From Flectonema sp. DT1601 (Eukaryota): a stretch of 64,000 bases of DNA. This document shows positions 9,248 to 20,639 of this stretch, piece after piece. The stretch's first letter is position 1. Every line of letters begins with the position of its first letter. A model generated the notes under the pieces. The model did no database searches, had not been told where the DNA came from, and worked only from the letters and a program-made list of their open reading frames with translations. Made by a program: the position numbers and the translations under genes. The stretch lies in NCBI GenBank assembly GCA_964019425.1, contig OZ025786.1, positions 248,001 to 312,000 of the forward strand, in the 5' to 3' direction.

Positions 9248-10978
9248 ATGCTTTCGATTCGTTGTGTGCTACCTACAACAACAGTAGTAATAGAAGTGTC
9301 ACCCTTGGATACTGTCGGAGATGTTAAAGAGAAGATAGCGGATCAACAGGGATTCGAACTGGATTATTTTCACCTTTACTTTCAAGGTGAACTACTTGAC
9401 ACTTCATCAGATACGTTTCTTAACAGAACTGGTTGCGGCAACGATGATCAAATAGAATGCGAAATATCTCGAAAGGGAGTGGCAATTCAGAAATTAAGAG
9501 GACGAGAGATTTCTTGTGAAACATTTATCACAGAAATCGAAAACAACGGATCGTTGATTGAAAGTTTTATAGACTCGGGTCTCGATGTAAATTTTGCAAA
9601 CAAAAACTTAACAACGCCTTTGATGGCAGCACCGAATAAGGAAATAATGCTGCTGTTATTATCAAAAGGTGCTGATCCTAATTTCAGAACTTCGAAGGGT
9701 CGAACTGCAGTTATGTCTGAGTCGGTTTTGAGAAATACTTCGCTGTTGAGAGTTCTTCACGACAACGGTTCAGACCTTCGTCTGCATTCAAACAGTGGAT
9801 ACACATCGTTAACATATGCTGCTGACATTGGTATATTAGATTCGGTAAAATACATATTAAATACTTTTAAAACTAAACAAAATCGACTACGGTTTATTAA
9901 CCAATCAACATCAGAAGGAACAGCTATAATGCTTGCCTCATTTAACGATCATACTAATGTAGTTTCAGTGTTACTAGATTACGGAGCTGACCCAAACAAA
10001 GCAACCAAGAGTGGACACACACCATTACATTGCTCAACTCAAAATGGAAATCTTGAAGTCACAAAAATGCTGATTCAGAAAGGTGCTTATGTAAATGTTA
10101 CTTCAAAAGATAGCTTCACTCCACTAATAAATGCATGTGGACAATCACTCGACCACGTTGAGTATATATTAAATGCCGGTGCCGCAGTCGTTGATGATAA
10201 AAAGTTCCCCGGCATTGGCTACCTATGTGTGCACGACAGTGAATGTGATCGAGTCATTTCTATAATAAAAAAACTTATTGCTGTGGGGGCATCTCCTGAT
10301 GCAGCATGGGATGAAAACACAGCTCTATCATGTGCGGCGTCTATCGGAAATATGTCGTATGTCAAATTCCTTCTTAGTCAAGGGGCTAGCATATCATCTG
10401 AAAAAGGGAATCATGCGCAATCACCAATTCATGTCGCGTGTTATAATGAAAGAGAAGAAGTCGCATCGTACATTATTGATTATTGCAATGACAACTCTGA
10501 TGATGGTGATTGTATTTGTAGTTTACATAATGAGTGTGAGAATGGAAGTACGACGTTGATTGACTGCTCTTTTAGCAATATCTCAATCGAACTCTTCACT
10601 AAAATTCTTAAACATCCTGGAGTCAATATTAACTTTGTTTCAAAAGAAAAATCTTTTACAGCGTTATCGAACGCTGTCAACGGAGATAACCTTGAGCTGG
10701 TTAAGTTACTACTGACCTTTGGTTCATCTGTTAGCCAACCAGCACCAATTCTTTTATACTCTCAGTCAGTTACAATGTCATCTCTCTTGATTGAACATGG
10801 TGCTGACCCAAATGCTGTAATACATCACCACGCATACCCACCAGGAGTAGTTACGTATTATCAACAATATAGTAGCTGTATAACTCTGTTAGACGTTGCA
10901 TATGAAATGGGTTGTGAGGATTCTATAAAACTGTTTGAGGGAGCTGGTGTAAAGCGAACCATCAATGAAACGAATTAA
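9248..10978 (+). CDS. Ubiquitin-like domain + ankyrin-repeat protein, 576 aa
   Basis: IEVSPLDTVGDVKEKIADQQG..LYFQGELL (Ubl), then repeated TPL..A....L...GAD.N ankyrin motifs. Confidence 0.9.
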   Translation: MLSIRCVLPTTTVVIEVSPLDTVGDVKEKIADQQGFELDYFHLYFQGELLDTSSDTFLNRTGCGNDDQIECEISRKGVAIQKLRGREISCETFITEIENNGSLIESFIDSGLDVNFANKNLTTPLMAAPNKEIMLLLLSKGADPNFRTSKGRTAVMSESVLRNTSLLRVLHDNGSDLRLHSNSGYTSLTYAADIGILDSVKYILNTFKTKQNRLRFINQSTSEGTAIMLASFNDHTNVVSVLLDYGADPNKATKSGHTPLHCSTQNGNLEVTKMLIQKGAYVNVTSKDSFTPLINACGQSLDHVEYILNAGAAVVDDKKFPGIGYLCVHDSECDRVISIIKKLIAVGASPDAAWDENTALSCAASIGNMSYVKFLLSQGASISSEKGNHAQSPIHVACYNEREEVASYIIDYCNDNSDDGDCICSLHNECENGSTTLIDCSFSNISIELFTKILKHPGVNINFVSKEKSFTALSNAVNGDNLELVKLLLTFGSSVSQPAPILLYSQSVTMSSLLIEHGADPNAVIHHHAYPPGVVTYYQQYSSCITLLDVAYEMGCEDSIKLFEGAGVKRTINETN

Positions 10979-11271
10979 GTTTTTTAGTTTACTTCCATGT
11001 TGTTCATTGAATCTTCTATCATAATTTCCTCCTACTTGGAGGATGTTCCTTGCCCTTGTTATTCATGTCCCTTCCATCATGTTAGATTCTTGCCTTCTCA
11101 TGGATTGGGACCGTTTGTCTCTTTTTTTTTTTTTTTAAATTTTTTTTTTTTTTCTTCCCAAAATTTTTCTTTCTTTGGTATGAATTACGTTTTATTTCAA
11201 AATAAATAAATAAAATAATAATATTTCTCCTCCTTCCCAGTAAAATAATGAACTATTAACACATTTGATAC

Positions 11272-12105
11272 ATGTTTCTGTTGGACATAACTGTTGATGT
11301 GTTGGGTGTCGCAGTCTTTGATGTGAGAAATGAATTTCCATTCCGACCAACGATACGTGAGATCGAAGCAAAGATTTGGGAACTAATAGAAGGAAATCCT
11401 GAATTAGATAAAGTAATTGAAAGCGCTCCTCACAGTGTGATTAGTAAAAAGAGGGTCTTCCATCAAGGACGATGGAGAGAATTGATAGGTGGATCTCAGC
11501 TACAAAAGAACGACCTTCTTTACATCACAATAGAAACAGAAATCACTGCAACATTAGTAACAAATAAAACACTTGAAACTGAGGCTGCTAAACGACATGC
11601 TGACAATAGAGAGCATGCCATTAAAGCAAGCAAGTCTTGGATGACACTAAAGGAGCAGCATATTGACAGTTCACTTAATGATAAACGAGCTGATTGGAAT
11701 AAACTTTTCACTTCGATATTGGGAGGTTCTGAACGACCAGAACTTTCACCTCAACGAGGAACCCGTCCTCCATTACCATTCAACCTTCCGAGATCAAGAA
11801 TTCAATCACCTCCAACTATGGTTATGAAGGATATAAACGTTCAAGGGATAACTTTGAATTCAGATAATAGGATCTCCTCTCTCTTACCTCCAGCGAGTAG
11901 GCATTTGGAACTCTTCGTTGGTCAGAAGATTCTTTCTGTTGATAAACGTTTGGTTAATTGTGAATTATTTCCGTCGTCTGGAACTGCCACACTCATCGCA
12001 GAAACAGCCGCAAGCACAGAAATTGAATCTGAAATTGAACAACAATTACAACAAGCTGAGAAGAAGAGACAAGAGAGGAGGAAGTCGATCTTACACGGAA
12101 GTTAG
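11272..12105 (+). CDS. BILBO1 N-terminal-domain-like protein with possible degenerate PDZ domain, 277 aa
   Basis: MFLLDITVDV..EFPFRPTIREIE..WRELIGGSQL..LYI resembles the trypanosome BILBO1 N-terminal domain. GITL..ISSL..PA....L.VGQKILSVD is PDZ-like. Confidence 0.6.
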   Translation: MFLLDITVDVLGVAVFDVRNEFPFRPTIREIEAKIWELIEGNPELDKVIESAPHSVISKKRVFHQGRWRELIGGSQLQKNDLLYITIETEITATLVTNKTLETEAAKRHADNREHAIKASKSWMTLKEQHIDSSLNDKRADWNKLFTSILGGSERPELSPQRGTRPPLPFNLPRSRIQSPPTMVMKDINVQGITLNSDNRISSLLPPASRHLELFVGQKILSVDKRLVNCELFPSSGTATLIAETAASTEIESEIEQQLQQAEKKRQERRKSILHGS

Positions 12106-12322
12106 TTCCTCTTGTTTTTCTTTTTTTTTAAACTGTATCTTTTTTTTTTAAATTTTTAATGTCTTTTGTTCAGGCTTAGATAATTCCAACTTTTTTTTTT
12201 TTTTTTTTGTTGACTGTTGTTTGAATACTTCCCTTCAAACAAGTATTGCTCAGCACATTAAAGTAGTGAGCAGGGTGATATTTTATTATTACATCAGATC
12301 CCCGAAGCAATAAAAAAAAAAA

Positions 12323-13940
12323 ATGGACGCAATTCGTCGTGACTACGAAATCCACGAACAACTCGGAAAAGGATCATATGCGACGGTGTTTAGAGTGGTT
12401 GAGAAATCAACAAAACAGCACTACGCTGTTAAGGTCATGGATAAAGCAAGATTAGGAGAGAAGGGAATGCGACAAGTTCAAGACGAAGTAAGCATTCTAA
12501 GAGTTGTTGATCACCCAAATGTAATTAAACTCAAGGAGGTGTGTGAGGATAAATCCACCTGTTGTTTGGTAATGGAAATTATAGGTGGAGGTGAACTGTT
12601 TAAAAGAATAACCCAATTACAGCATTACTCTGAAAGAACTGCTTGTGAATTGATGAGGAATTTCATGAAAATTTTAGTTTACCTCCACGATCAGGGAATC
12701 GTTCATCGGGACTTGAAACCTGATAATCTTTTATTGAAAGAATCTGAAACTGATATTCAATCAAACAACTTAGAAGTTACTTCAGTCATGTTAGCAGATT
12801 TTGGATTCGCTGCTCACTACCGAGGAAAACAAATGATCCAAGCATGTGGAACACCCTATTACATAGCACCTGAATTACTTCAAACAGGTGTGTACAAGAC
12901 TAGACCTTGTTATACACCACCTCCATGTGATTTGTGGTCTGCTGGTATTATTTGTTATGTTTTATTGTGTGGATATCCTCCTTTTAGAGTTCCTCGTGAT
13001 GCAATCGACGCAAAGAGTAAATTATTTAAACAAATTGTGAAAGGAAAAGTTCAATTTGATAAAGGTCAGTCCTGGGATAACATCTCATCAGAGGCAAAGG
13101 ATTTTATTTTAAAACTGTTAGTTGTGGATCAAAATGGAAGACTAACTGCACAGCAAGCTTTAGAACATCGCTGGTTTGAATCTCAAGGGATAAAAGATAC
13201 TCATCTCTCGTCATCTGTTGATGAATTGAAAAGTTTTAACAGCAAAAACAAGATAAAAGGAGCAGTTTATGGAGTCGAAGCGGCCTTTCGTCTTATGTAC
13301 ACGGAAGCTTGTGACAAAAGAGGTGTTAGAAGGGTATGTTTGTGGTTTGTCTGAGAAAAACTGGAAAAAAAAAAAAAAAAAAAAAAAAAAACAGAATAGC
13401 AGTTTGCTTGATCAGTTCGAATCCGCGACTACCCCCCTGACTTCTGTTGATTTATCGAATACTTATTTAGGACCGAAGGGATTTGAAGCACTTCTCAGTA
13501 TTTTAAATAAACATCCAACTCTTAAAACATTAAAATTATCGAATTCTCTAATAGACACAGATCAGTGTGTCCGTCTTTGTAAAGTACTTCAGGATCCGAA
13601 ATCGTTGTCTCAAATCGATAACTTAGAACTATCAGATAATCCTTTGACTCATCCTGCTGGGAGAGCATTGTTAGGAATGATGCAAGCACGTAGAAAAATA
13701 ATTCATATAGTGTTGTCAGGAACTCATATAAGCGCTGCTTTAGTAAGAAAAATTCATGATCAAGCAACACGTAATAAAGGCATACGAGAACAAGCAAAAA
13801 CAAACGGAACTCCTATTCGGCAAAGAGCACCTTCGGGTACGCGGAATAATTCTCGAACACCTCCTGGAAGTAGGAAGCCATCTCCTGGTCGACCACCAGG
13901 AGGACGACCATCTGGGGGTCGATTGCCTCCAATTAAATAG
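12323..13940 (+). CDS. CaMK-family Ser/Thr kinase with C-terminal leucine-rich repeats, 2 exons: 12323-13333, 13395-13940, ~518 aa
   Basis: GKGSYATV, YAVK, HRDLKPDN, DFG, GTPYYIAPE, LLCGYPPF. Intron 13334-13394 joins in frame to LRRs (LTSVDLSNTYL, LKTLKLSNSLI, LELSDNPL). Confidence 0.92.
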
Positions 13941-14375
13941 TTGTTATTGCGAGTAAAAAAAAAAAAAAAAAAAGGATACTACTTCAACTATTGTTTTGTT
14001 TATCGTAACTTGTATTATTTTTTTTATAAATATTCTACTCGTCGATTTTACAATCGTCGTGGTATTGACGTCAGACTGATATACGTCTTGTATTATTTAC
14101 ACTATTCTTTTTCCCTTTATTTCCCCCTATCTCATCCTTGTTATTTACCCTGATAACAAACAATGCTATTAACGCTGTTGTTGTTGTTGTAGTTGTCGTC
14201 GTTGTTGTTGTGATAATAAATTCGTTTTCTTTCCCAGGATTTCAGAACAATAGAATATCTTGATCGGTTTTTTTTTGAGGGGAAAAAAAAAATAAAAAAA
14301 AATCTTTGTTTTAATACCCTAAAGTTGTTACTGTTTTTACATTGTCAAAGTTTCACCCCCTCCCACAGTAACGAC

Positions 14376-14846
14376 ATGATTCAATCTACTTGGGGGCCTG
14401 CTGGTCCCCCTGGTAGGGAGAATACTCCTGTTGTGGGATTTAAGCAATTTTTTAAGCATCTGGTAGGATGGAAAGAAGGATCAAATTTTAAAGTAAACGG
14501 AACAGTAATGTTAGTTATGATGGTTTTAGTGTTAGTATCCGAACGGTTATACGCAGGGTTGAAACAGAATCTTCAAAGTCGATTAGTTGAATGGAAGAAA
14601 CGAACAGAGAGGAAAGACACAGTTGATGAAACACAGACGGGGGATTGTTCTGAATCTCCAGTCACTGATTCTCACAATGATGTCGCTTCTAAGATTGCTG
14701 TTCCGACTGTTAGACCGGCATCATCAGTCTCATCGTCTCGGTCATCACATCCTCATGATGGAAATGATCCTTCTGTCTCTCGCGATCAACGACTTCAATT
14801 TCTAAAAATATTTAACAGACATTATCAGGTTGTTAATAAAAAATAA
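14376..14846 (+). CDS. Hypothetical single-TM protein
   Basis: ATG 14376 follows ccccctcccacag; hydrophobic stretch VMLVMMVLVLV; Ser-rich tail. Confidence 0.65.
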   Translation: MIQSTWGPAGPPGRENTPVVGFKQFFKHLVGWKEGSNFKVNGTVMLVMMVLVLVSERLYAGLKQNLQSRLVEWKKRTERKDTVDETQTGDCSESPVTDSHNDVASKIAVPTVRPASSVSSSRSSHPHDGNDPSVSRDQRLQFLKIFNRHYQVVNKK

Positions 14847-15572
14847 TATTCAACTTCAGCTTGTCATCTGCGCCGTACCTCCATGCATTTCAGAGGGTTT
14901 GCTTATTTCTGTTTCTTCTTTTTTAAAAAAAAAAAAGTTTTTATTGTTCTGTTCTTGATTTGTTTTCTTGCCTGTGCTGTCCATCAAGCTGCTTTCTTTT
15001 GTATATTTAGACCATTGTTAGTTTGTTTTAGTAGAATAGCAATTTTTTAATTTATTTATTACTATTATTTTTTATCTTCGTTCTTTAATTCGAAAAAAAA
15101 GAAGAAAAAGGGGAGAAAAAACAAACACATTTTCTACCACGAGAAGTCCCTTTTTTTTCTTTCTTTTTTTCTTCTCGAAGTGTTTCTCGAGTATGCGGCC
15201 ACAACCCGAATACACGAGTTCAGATTTTTGTGCTCTCCAGACGTTCAACTGTAACTTATGGTAAAGGGAGTTCTGTACTCTCTTACTGTCGCAGTGGGGG
15301 TCTATTTTCTTTGTAGCAACGGACGCCTTGCAAAATTGATCAAAAGAAAAAAAAAAAGAAGAAGAAAACCGAAAAAAAAAAAAAAAAAAATGAGGATATT
15401 CAAAGTGAGGAGGGTTTCATCCCTCTTCTTTATTACTGCGATGTATGGCAGCGCTCAGTTTGTTTAGTTTCTTTTTTTTTATAAGTGTTTAATTTTATTT
15501 TGTAAAATTTAATAATTATTAATTCTCATCCCCACAACAGCTTTTCATCAACGAACACCACAAATAGCATAG

Positions 15573-18464
15573 ATGAGAGGGCTACATCAACTACGAAAAG
15601 TTCGTTCGATGAAACCAATGGCTAGAGCTCGATACTACTGTAGGAGAGCTTGGTATCAAGTGTCTACTGTTTTATTGTTTTTAGTACTGATGATGTTGGT
15701 AGACGGAGTAGCTGCTGGATTCGATACTGGTGCTGCAGCCAACAACAAGTTAATGAATTTCCCTTTAATAAAGGGAACAGATCATGTTGTAAACAGAGAA
15801 ACAGGAGATACCTTAGACGACGTCAGCAGTCTTGATTATGATGAGCGTCGGTGGGCTGTTGGTGATGTTGACATGATATTGAGGTTTAAAAAAAAACCAA
15901 CAGCCTACTGCACTTCATACGTCGCCGTTCCTGCTGAAAATACTTGGCCTACAGGAGTTCGAGTCCTTCTTTATATGGGTTGTTTGTTCTACCTCTTTCT
16001 TGGGGTTGCGATTGTCGCTGATATTTTCATGGGTGGGATTGAGCAGATTACAGCTGAAAGAGAAACTGTTATAATGGGTACTGATAAGGACAACGTTGAA
16101 AGAGAAAAGGTAATTATGTTTACAGTATGGAATGACACTGTTGCTAATTTAACACTATTAGCTCTTGGATCGAGTGCTCCTGAGATATTATTGTCGGTGT
16201 TGGAGACTATTCAAAACTTAGATAAAGTTCCTGGTGAGTTAGGTCCGTCAACGATTGTTGGGTCAGCAGCATTCAACTTGTTGTGTATATCAGCAGTCTG
16301 CATGTGGTCTTTGGAAAATATAAAAAAAATCCGAGATTTTGGAGTGTTTCTCATTACGTCGTTCTCTTCAGTATTTGCATACGTTTGGGTTCTTGTTGTA
16401 CTGCAATTTAATACCCCGGACGTTGTTGACTCCTGGGAGGCAGTTGTAACATTTCTCTTCTTCCCATTACTGGTGGGTATGGCCTATGCTCAAGATAGAA
16501 ACTGGGTTTGGTTTCGCGGAAAAAGTGCGCACCCTTCAGATGAAAACACATCTGAGACTGGAACTGTTAGACGCCGAGGAACTCGAATTCTTGACGCCAC
16601 TCTAGTGGATTGTACCAGAGAGGAAATAAAAGATATTGTTAAAAATACTAAAGACAGACGTGGTACTCTCACAGAGAGTGCTATCAGTCAGGAATTCGCA
16701 CGCAAACATCCACCAAAACTAAACCGTGGTCACTACCGAATGAACGCAATTCGACAGGTTGCAGCGAAAGCAAAAATAATCAAAACTCTGAAAGAGATGG
16801 CAGAAACTGGAAACAAAGTTCACCCTGAACCCGAAAAAAGAAAACAATTCGTCCCAGAGAGTGGAATAGTCGAATTCAGCAGTCCTTCTTATTCCGTATT
16901 AGAGTGTGAAGGCGAGGTTCTACTTCATGTAAAACGACATAACGGATCTAAAGGGAAATCCATAGTACGCTATGCGACACAAGACCTGACAGGTCAAGAA
17001 GGTGTTCATTATGTTGGGACTTCAGGAGAAGTTTTATTCGAAGATGGTGATACTTCTGAGAAGACAGTTCGAATTGCAATTATTGACAACGACGTACGCA
17101 ATGCTGACATGGTTTTTACGGTAAAATTAACATCAGACACATCTATGCTAGGAGATGTAAAGTTTGCAATCATTACCATCATAGACGATGACTTACCAGG
17201 TGAGATTCAATTCGCCTCACCTGCTATTCAAGTTCAAGAATCACAAGGCAAAGTTAGAGTAAAAGTAATACGTGAGAATGGATCAACGGGTTCATTAATT
17301 GTTCACTATAGAACTCAGGATGGTGTTGGTAGCAGTGCTGCTGTGGCACCCGAAGACTATGAAGTAGCACAAGGTCACATGCATTTTGATTCTGGTGAGA
17401 CAACAAAATACATTGAAATAGTAATCGTTGATGACAGTCAATATGAAAAAACAGAACACTTCTTCGTGTGTCTCACTGGTGTTGAAGGCAAAGCCGGTGG
17501 AAAACTTGGCCAACCTTGCAAATGTCGCGTTGACATTGTCAGTGATAATCGTATGGTGGAGTTAATTGAAAATGTTCTTTTTAAAGTTCAAAAGGAGGCT
17601 ACTGTAACACAAGCATTCACTAATTCTTGGGTTCATCAGTTTAGAGATGCGATGAAGATTGGAGGAGAAGGAGAAGAAGTTCCTAACATCGCTTTTGTAA
17701 TGCATTTTTTCACATTCTTTTGGAAGGTACTATTTGCTTGCATTCCACCAACAACTGTTAAAGGCGGATGGGCATGTTTTGGTGTGTCGCTGATGTTCAT
17801 TGGACTGGTCACAGCAATGGTAGCAGAGATAGCTGGACTACTTGGTTGTGTTATGGGTCTTGAAGACTCAGTAACTGCTATCACTTTTGTAGCTTTGGGA
17901 ACATCCCTTCCAGACACTTTCGCATCCATGCAAGCAGCAGAACAAGAGGAATATTGCGATGCTGCAGTCGGTAACGTCACAGGTTCCAACAGCGTAAATG
18001 TTTTTCTCGGTCTTGGACTTCCCTGGGTAATCGCTTCAATATATTATGAAGTAAAGGGTGAATGCTATATAGTACCGGCAGGAGCTCTGGGATTCTCTGT
18101 GTTGGTGTTTACAGTTTGCGCAGTTATTTGTATTTGTATTTTCTTTATTCTTCGTAAGACTCAAGGTGGTGAGCTAGGAGGACCAAATCGTAAGCCAATT
18201 GCTTTTATTATGATCAGCTTATGGCTTATTTACGTTGTTATGTCTTCTTTAAAGGCTTACAATCATTTTTCATTTCCTGGGACTGAAAAACGGTGTCCGT
18301 GTTCATGCAAGAATAGGGGTGTTCTCCCTTGGTCTATGGACCTTAGTAAAACTGGTAATTGTATTAAAGCGAATTGTCCCATACCTGGGTATGTTCCTCC
18401 ACCAACTGTTCCAAGGTTTTCTTGTTCGGTTCTCCCAGAGATATTTACTCCAACTCCAACATAA
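15573..18464 (+). CDS. NCX: Na+/Ca2+ exchanger (SLC8/NCX family) with two Calx-beta domains, 963 aa
   Basis: Alpha-1 repeat VANLTLLALGSSAPEILLS, alpha-2 repeat TAITFVALGTSLPDTFAS..GNVTGSNSVNVFLGLG, two Calx-beta domains ending IIDND/IIDDD. Confidence 0.97.
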   Translation: MRGLHQLRKVRSMKPMARARYYCRRAWYQVSTVLLFLVLMMLVDGVAAGFDTGAAANNKLMNFPLIKGTDHVVNRETGDTLDDVSSLDYDERRWAVGDVDMILRFKKKPTAYCTSYVAVPAENTWPTGVRVLLYMGCLFYLFLGVAIVADIFMGGIEQITAERETVIMGTDKDNVEREKVIMFTVWNDTVANLTLLALGSSAPEILLSVLETIQNLDKVPGELGPSTIVGSAAFNLLCISAVCMWSLENIKKIRDFGVFLITSFSSVFAYVWVLVVLQFNTPDVVDSWEAVVTFLFFPLLVGMAYAQDRNWVWFRGKSAHPSDENTSETGTVRRRGTRILDATLVDCTREEIKDIVKNTKDRRGTLTESAISQEFARKHPPKLNRGHYRMNAIRQVAAKAKIIKTLKEMAETGNKVHPEPEKRKQFVPESGIVEFSSPSYSVLECEGEVLLHVKRHNGSKGKSIVRYATQDLTGQEGVHYVGTSGEVLFEDGDTSEKTVRIAIIDNDVRNADMVFTVKLTSDTSMLGDVKFAIITIIDDDLPGEIQFASPAIQVQESQGKVRVKVIRENGSTGSLIVHYRTQDGVGSSAAVAPEDYEVAQGHMHFDSGETTKYIEIVIVDDSQYEKTEHFFVCLTGVEGKAGGKLGQPCKCRVDIVSDNRMVELIENVLFKVQKEATVTQAFTNSWVHQFRDAMKIGGEGEEVPNIAFVMHFFTFFWKVLFACIPPTTVKGGWACFGVSLMFIGLVTAMVAEIAGLLGCVMGLEDSVTAITFVALGTSLPDTFASMQAAEQEEYCDAAVGNVTGSNSVNVFLGLGLPWVIASIYYEVKGECYIVPAGALGFSVLVFTVCAVICICIFFILRKTQGGELGGPNRKPIAFIMISLWLIYVVMSSLKAYNHFSFPGTEKRCPCSCKNRGVLPWSMDLSKTGNCIKANCPIPGYVPPPTVPRFSCSVLPEIFTPTPT

Positions 18465-18852
18465 ATATATTATTTATGAATTGTTTTAAATATTAAGGTT
18501 GTGGATGTATTGCACTAAGTCGTTCTACGTCCATCGCGATAAGATGAAATCAACATATACGATCAGACTTAAACCGTTATCGTAGATAGGGAAGAATTGT
18601 CGGACACTATCGATATTTTTATTATTATTATTATTATTTTTTTTTTTTTTAAATATTTCTTTTTTTTCTATCACTGTTTTTTATCCAGTGAGTGAATGCC
18701 TTTTCAGGGAAGGCAGTGCAGTGTACTTTCCAGTACTGCATACCAAACGTTTTAAGGTGTTTTTTTTTTAAAAAAAATAAAAAAATTAAAGACAGATGAC
18801 TATAGGCTCAGTGATCGCTTGTTTCAAAGCCGGTTGATTATTTTCGTGTGGG

Positions 18853-18883
<31 letters not shown>

Positions 18884-20639
18884 GATGAATTGAAGGGTGA
18901 GACGACGTGTTTTCTTTTTGTTAATTCTCTTTTTCCCTCTTCCCCATTTAAGCTAAACATTTATTTTTAAAGAGTAAAAAGCTTGTTGACTAGTAATTGG
19001 TAGGTGAAACCTATACTTTGCCGTATTGGTTTTAGTTTATCAGGGCTCACGAGTATTTAAGTCAGCCTTTTATGACATTTGCAGAGTGTTTGTTTACCTT
19101 CAGTTAACTTTTTAATATCGTACAAATATTTGTGTTTTAAAAATTATGCTCAAAACCGTTGTCTCCCAGGGTTTTTTTTTTTTTTTCCCGTATGATTGTT
19201 TTTTTAAATTATAACAAGAAATTGTTAGTAATTTCATTTTTTTTTTCTTCTTTTCTTTCGGATTTTTTATTCCACACATTCACCTGTATTTCGGATTAAA
19301 AAAATATATTCATAAATCAGATCCCACTCGGACATAACAACATAACGATATACGAGGCATTAGTATGTTAGCAAAACTCTTCTTTTTTCATGAGTAGAGT
19401 GTTGTTAACTAGGACGTGGGTATTTACAATAAAACTACACTACAATTTTTTTTTTTCTTTTTTTCCCCCCTACTACACGTTTCTACGTTTAGTAGATTAT
19501 TGTTTGCAGTTCTTTTTTTTTTTTTTTTTTCCCTTTATCGGCATATCCAAGTTTAAAATTAAAAAAAAAAAAAAAAAAGGTTGACGCGAGTTGGGAGGGG
19601 AGCTGGTCACTACTATTAATGACTCGTCAAGTATGCGTACCAGGCAGTTCCAACACGCAATAATAATTTAAAAAAAAAAAAAAAAATGAAGAGACTGTCT
19701 CTCCACCCGTATCCCTATCTATCTCTCTCCCTCTCATGTTTATTATTAGCAAAGTCTTGTTGGAAAATGATGTCTGAACCTTATTAAAAAAAATTCGATA
19801 TCAAAACAACAGGTAATTTAACATTAATGTCATTCCTCTTTTTTAAAATTCTCCTCAAAAATATTCGTATTATTCAGTTTAAATAAAACAACACAATGAA
19901 AATATCAAGAGAGCTACACATAAGGATGTGGGTAACATCGCTGAGTGGGGCTGGATTGATAGCACTTTGGGGATCCTTATCATTGTATTATCAAATGGTG
20001 GAATGCATACCTGCAGTATGTAGTTTTTTTTTCTTTTGTTTTGTGAGGTTCAGTATTACTGTCTGAGATTACAACATACAATACAGAACCTTCATATAGC
20101 ACGTGAACGGTTCGAATTTGATCCCGCTTACCTAGCTAGAATAGAACACGGAAGGGGTGGGAGGGATAGAGCAGAAGACCACTTTGGATTGAACCAGCAA
20201 TCTGGTGGTAGAGCAATGTGATTATTACCATACCTGGACCGATTAAATAATAATAACTTACCTGTGGAACTCCTTTAAAAGAGAGTACCGTATCGTAATG
20301 TGATTATACTCACTTAGAATTGGGTTATGCAATGGGACCTTTTAGTCTTTGTGATTCAAAACAAAGAGAGGACTACTATTAGTGAGCACACCATCTCGAA
20401 TTTGAAGCTATCCATCGTGGAATGCCTTTCTGGGGGATCCTATCTAAGAGACCAGATGCGCATTAGAGTTAACAACCTCCTGGGAGTTGGTTGTCCTTTG
20501 GCGGTGTCTGCGAATCAGAAGACAAGTCGAATTATTATCTTGTCGCTTTGTTGATTACGACTCCCGTTATAATTAATTCTCAATAACAGTTTTTTTTTTT
20601 TTTTTTTTCAAACTAAAAATAAAGAAAAAAAAAAAAAAC

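Noticed and set aside
18694..18740. Two adjacent small hairpins (tgcctt/aaggca, tgcagt/actgca)
   Set aside because: Short stems with no boxes or second copy; plausible by chance.
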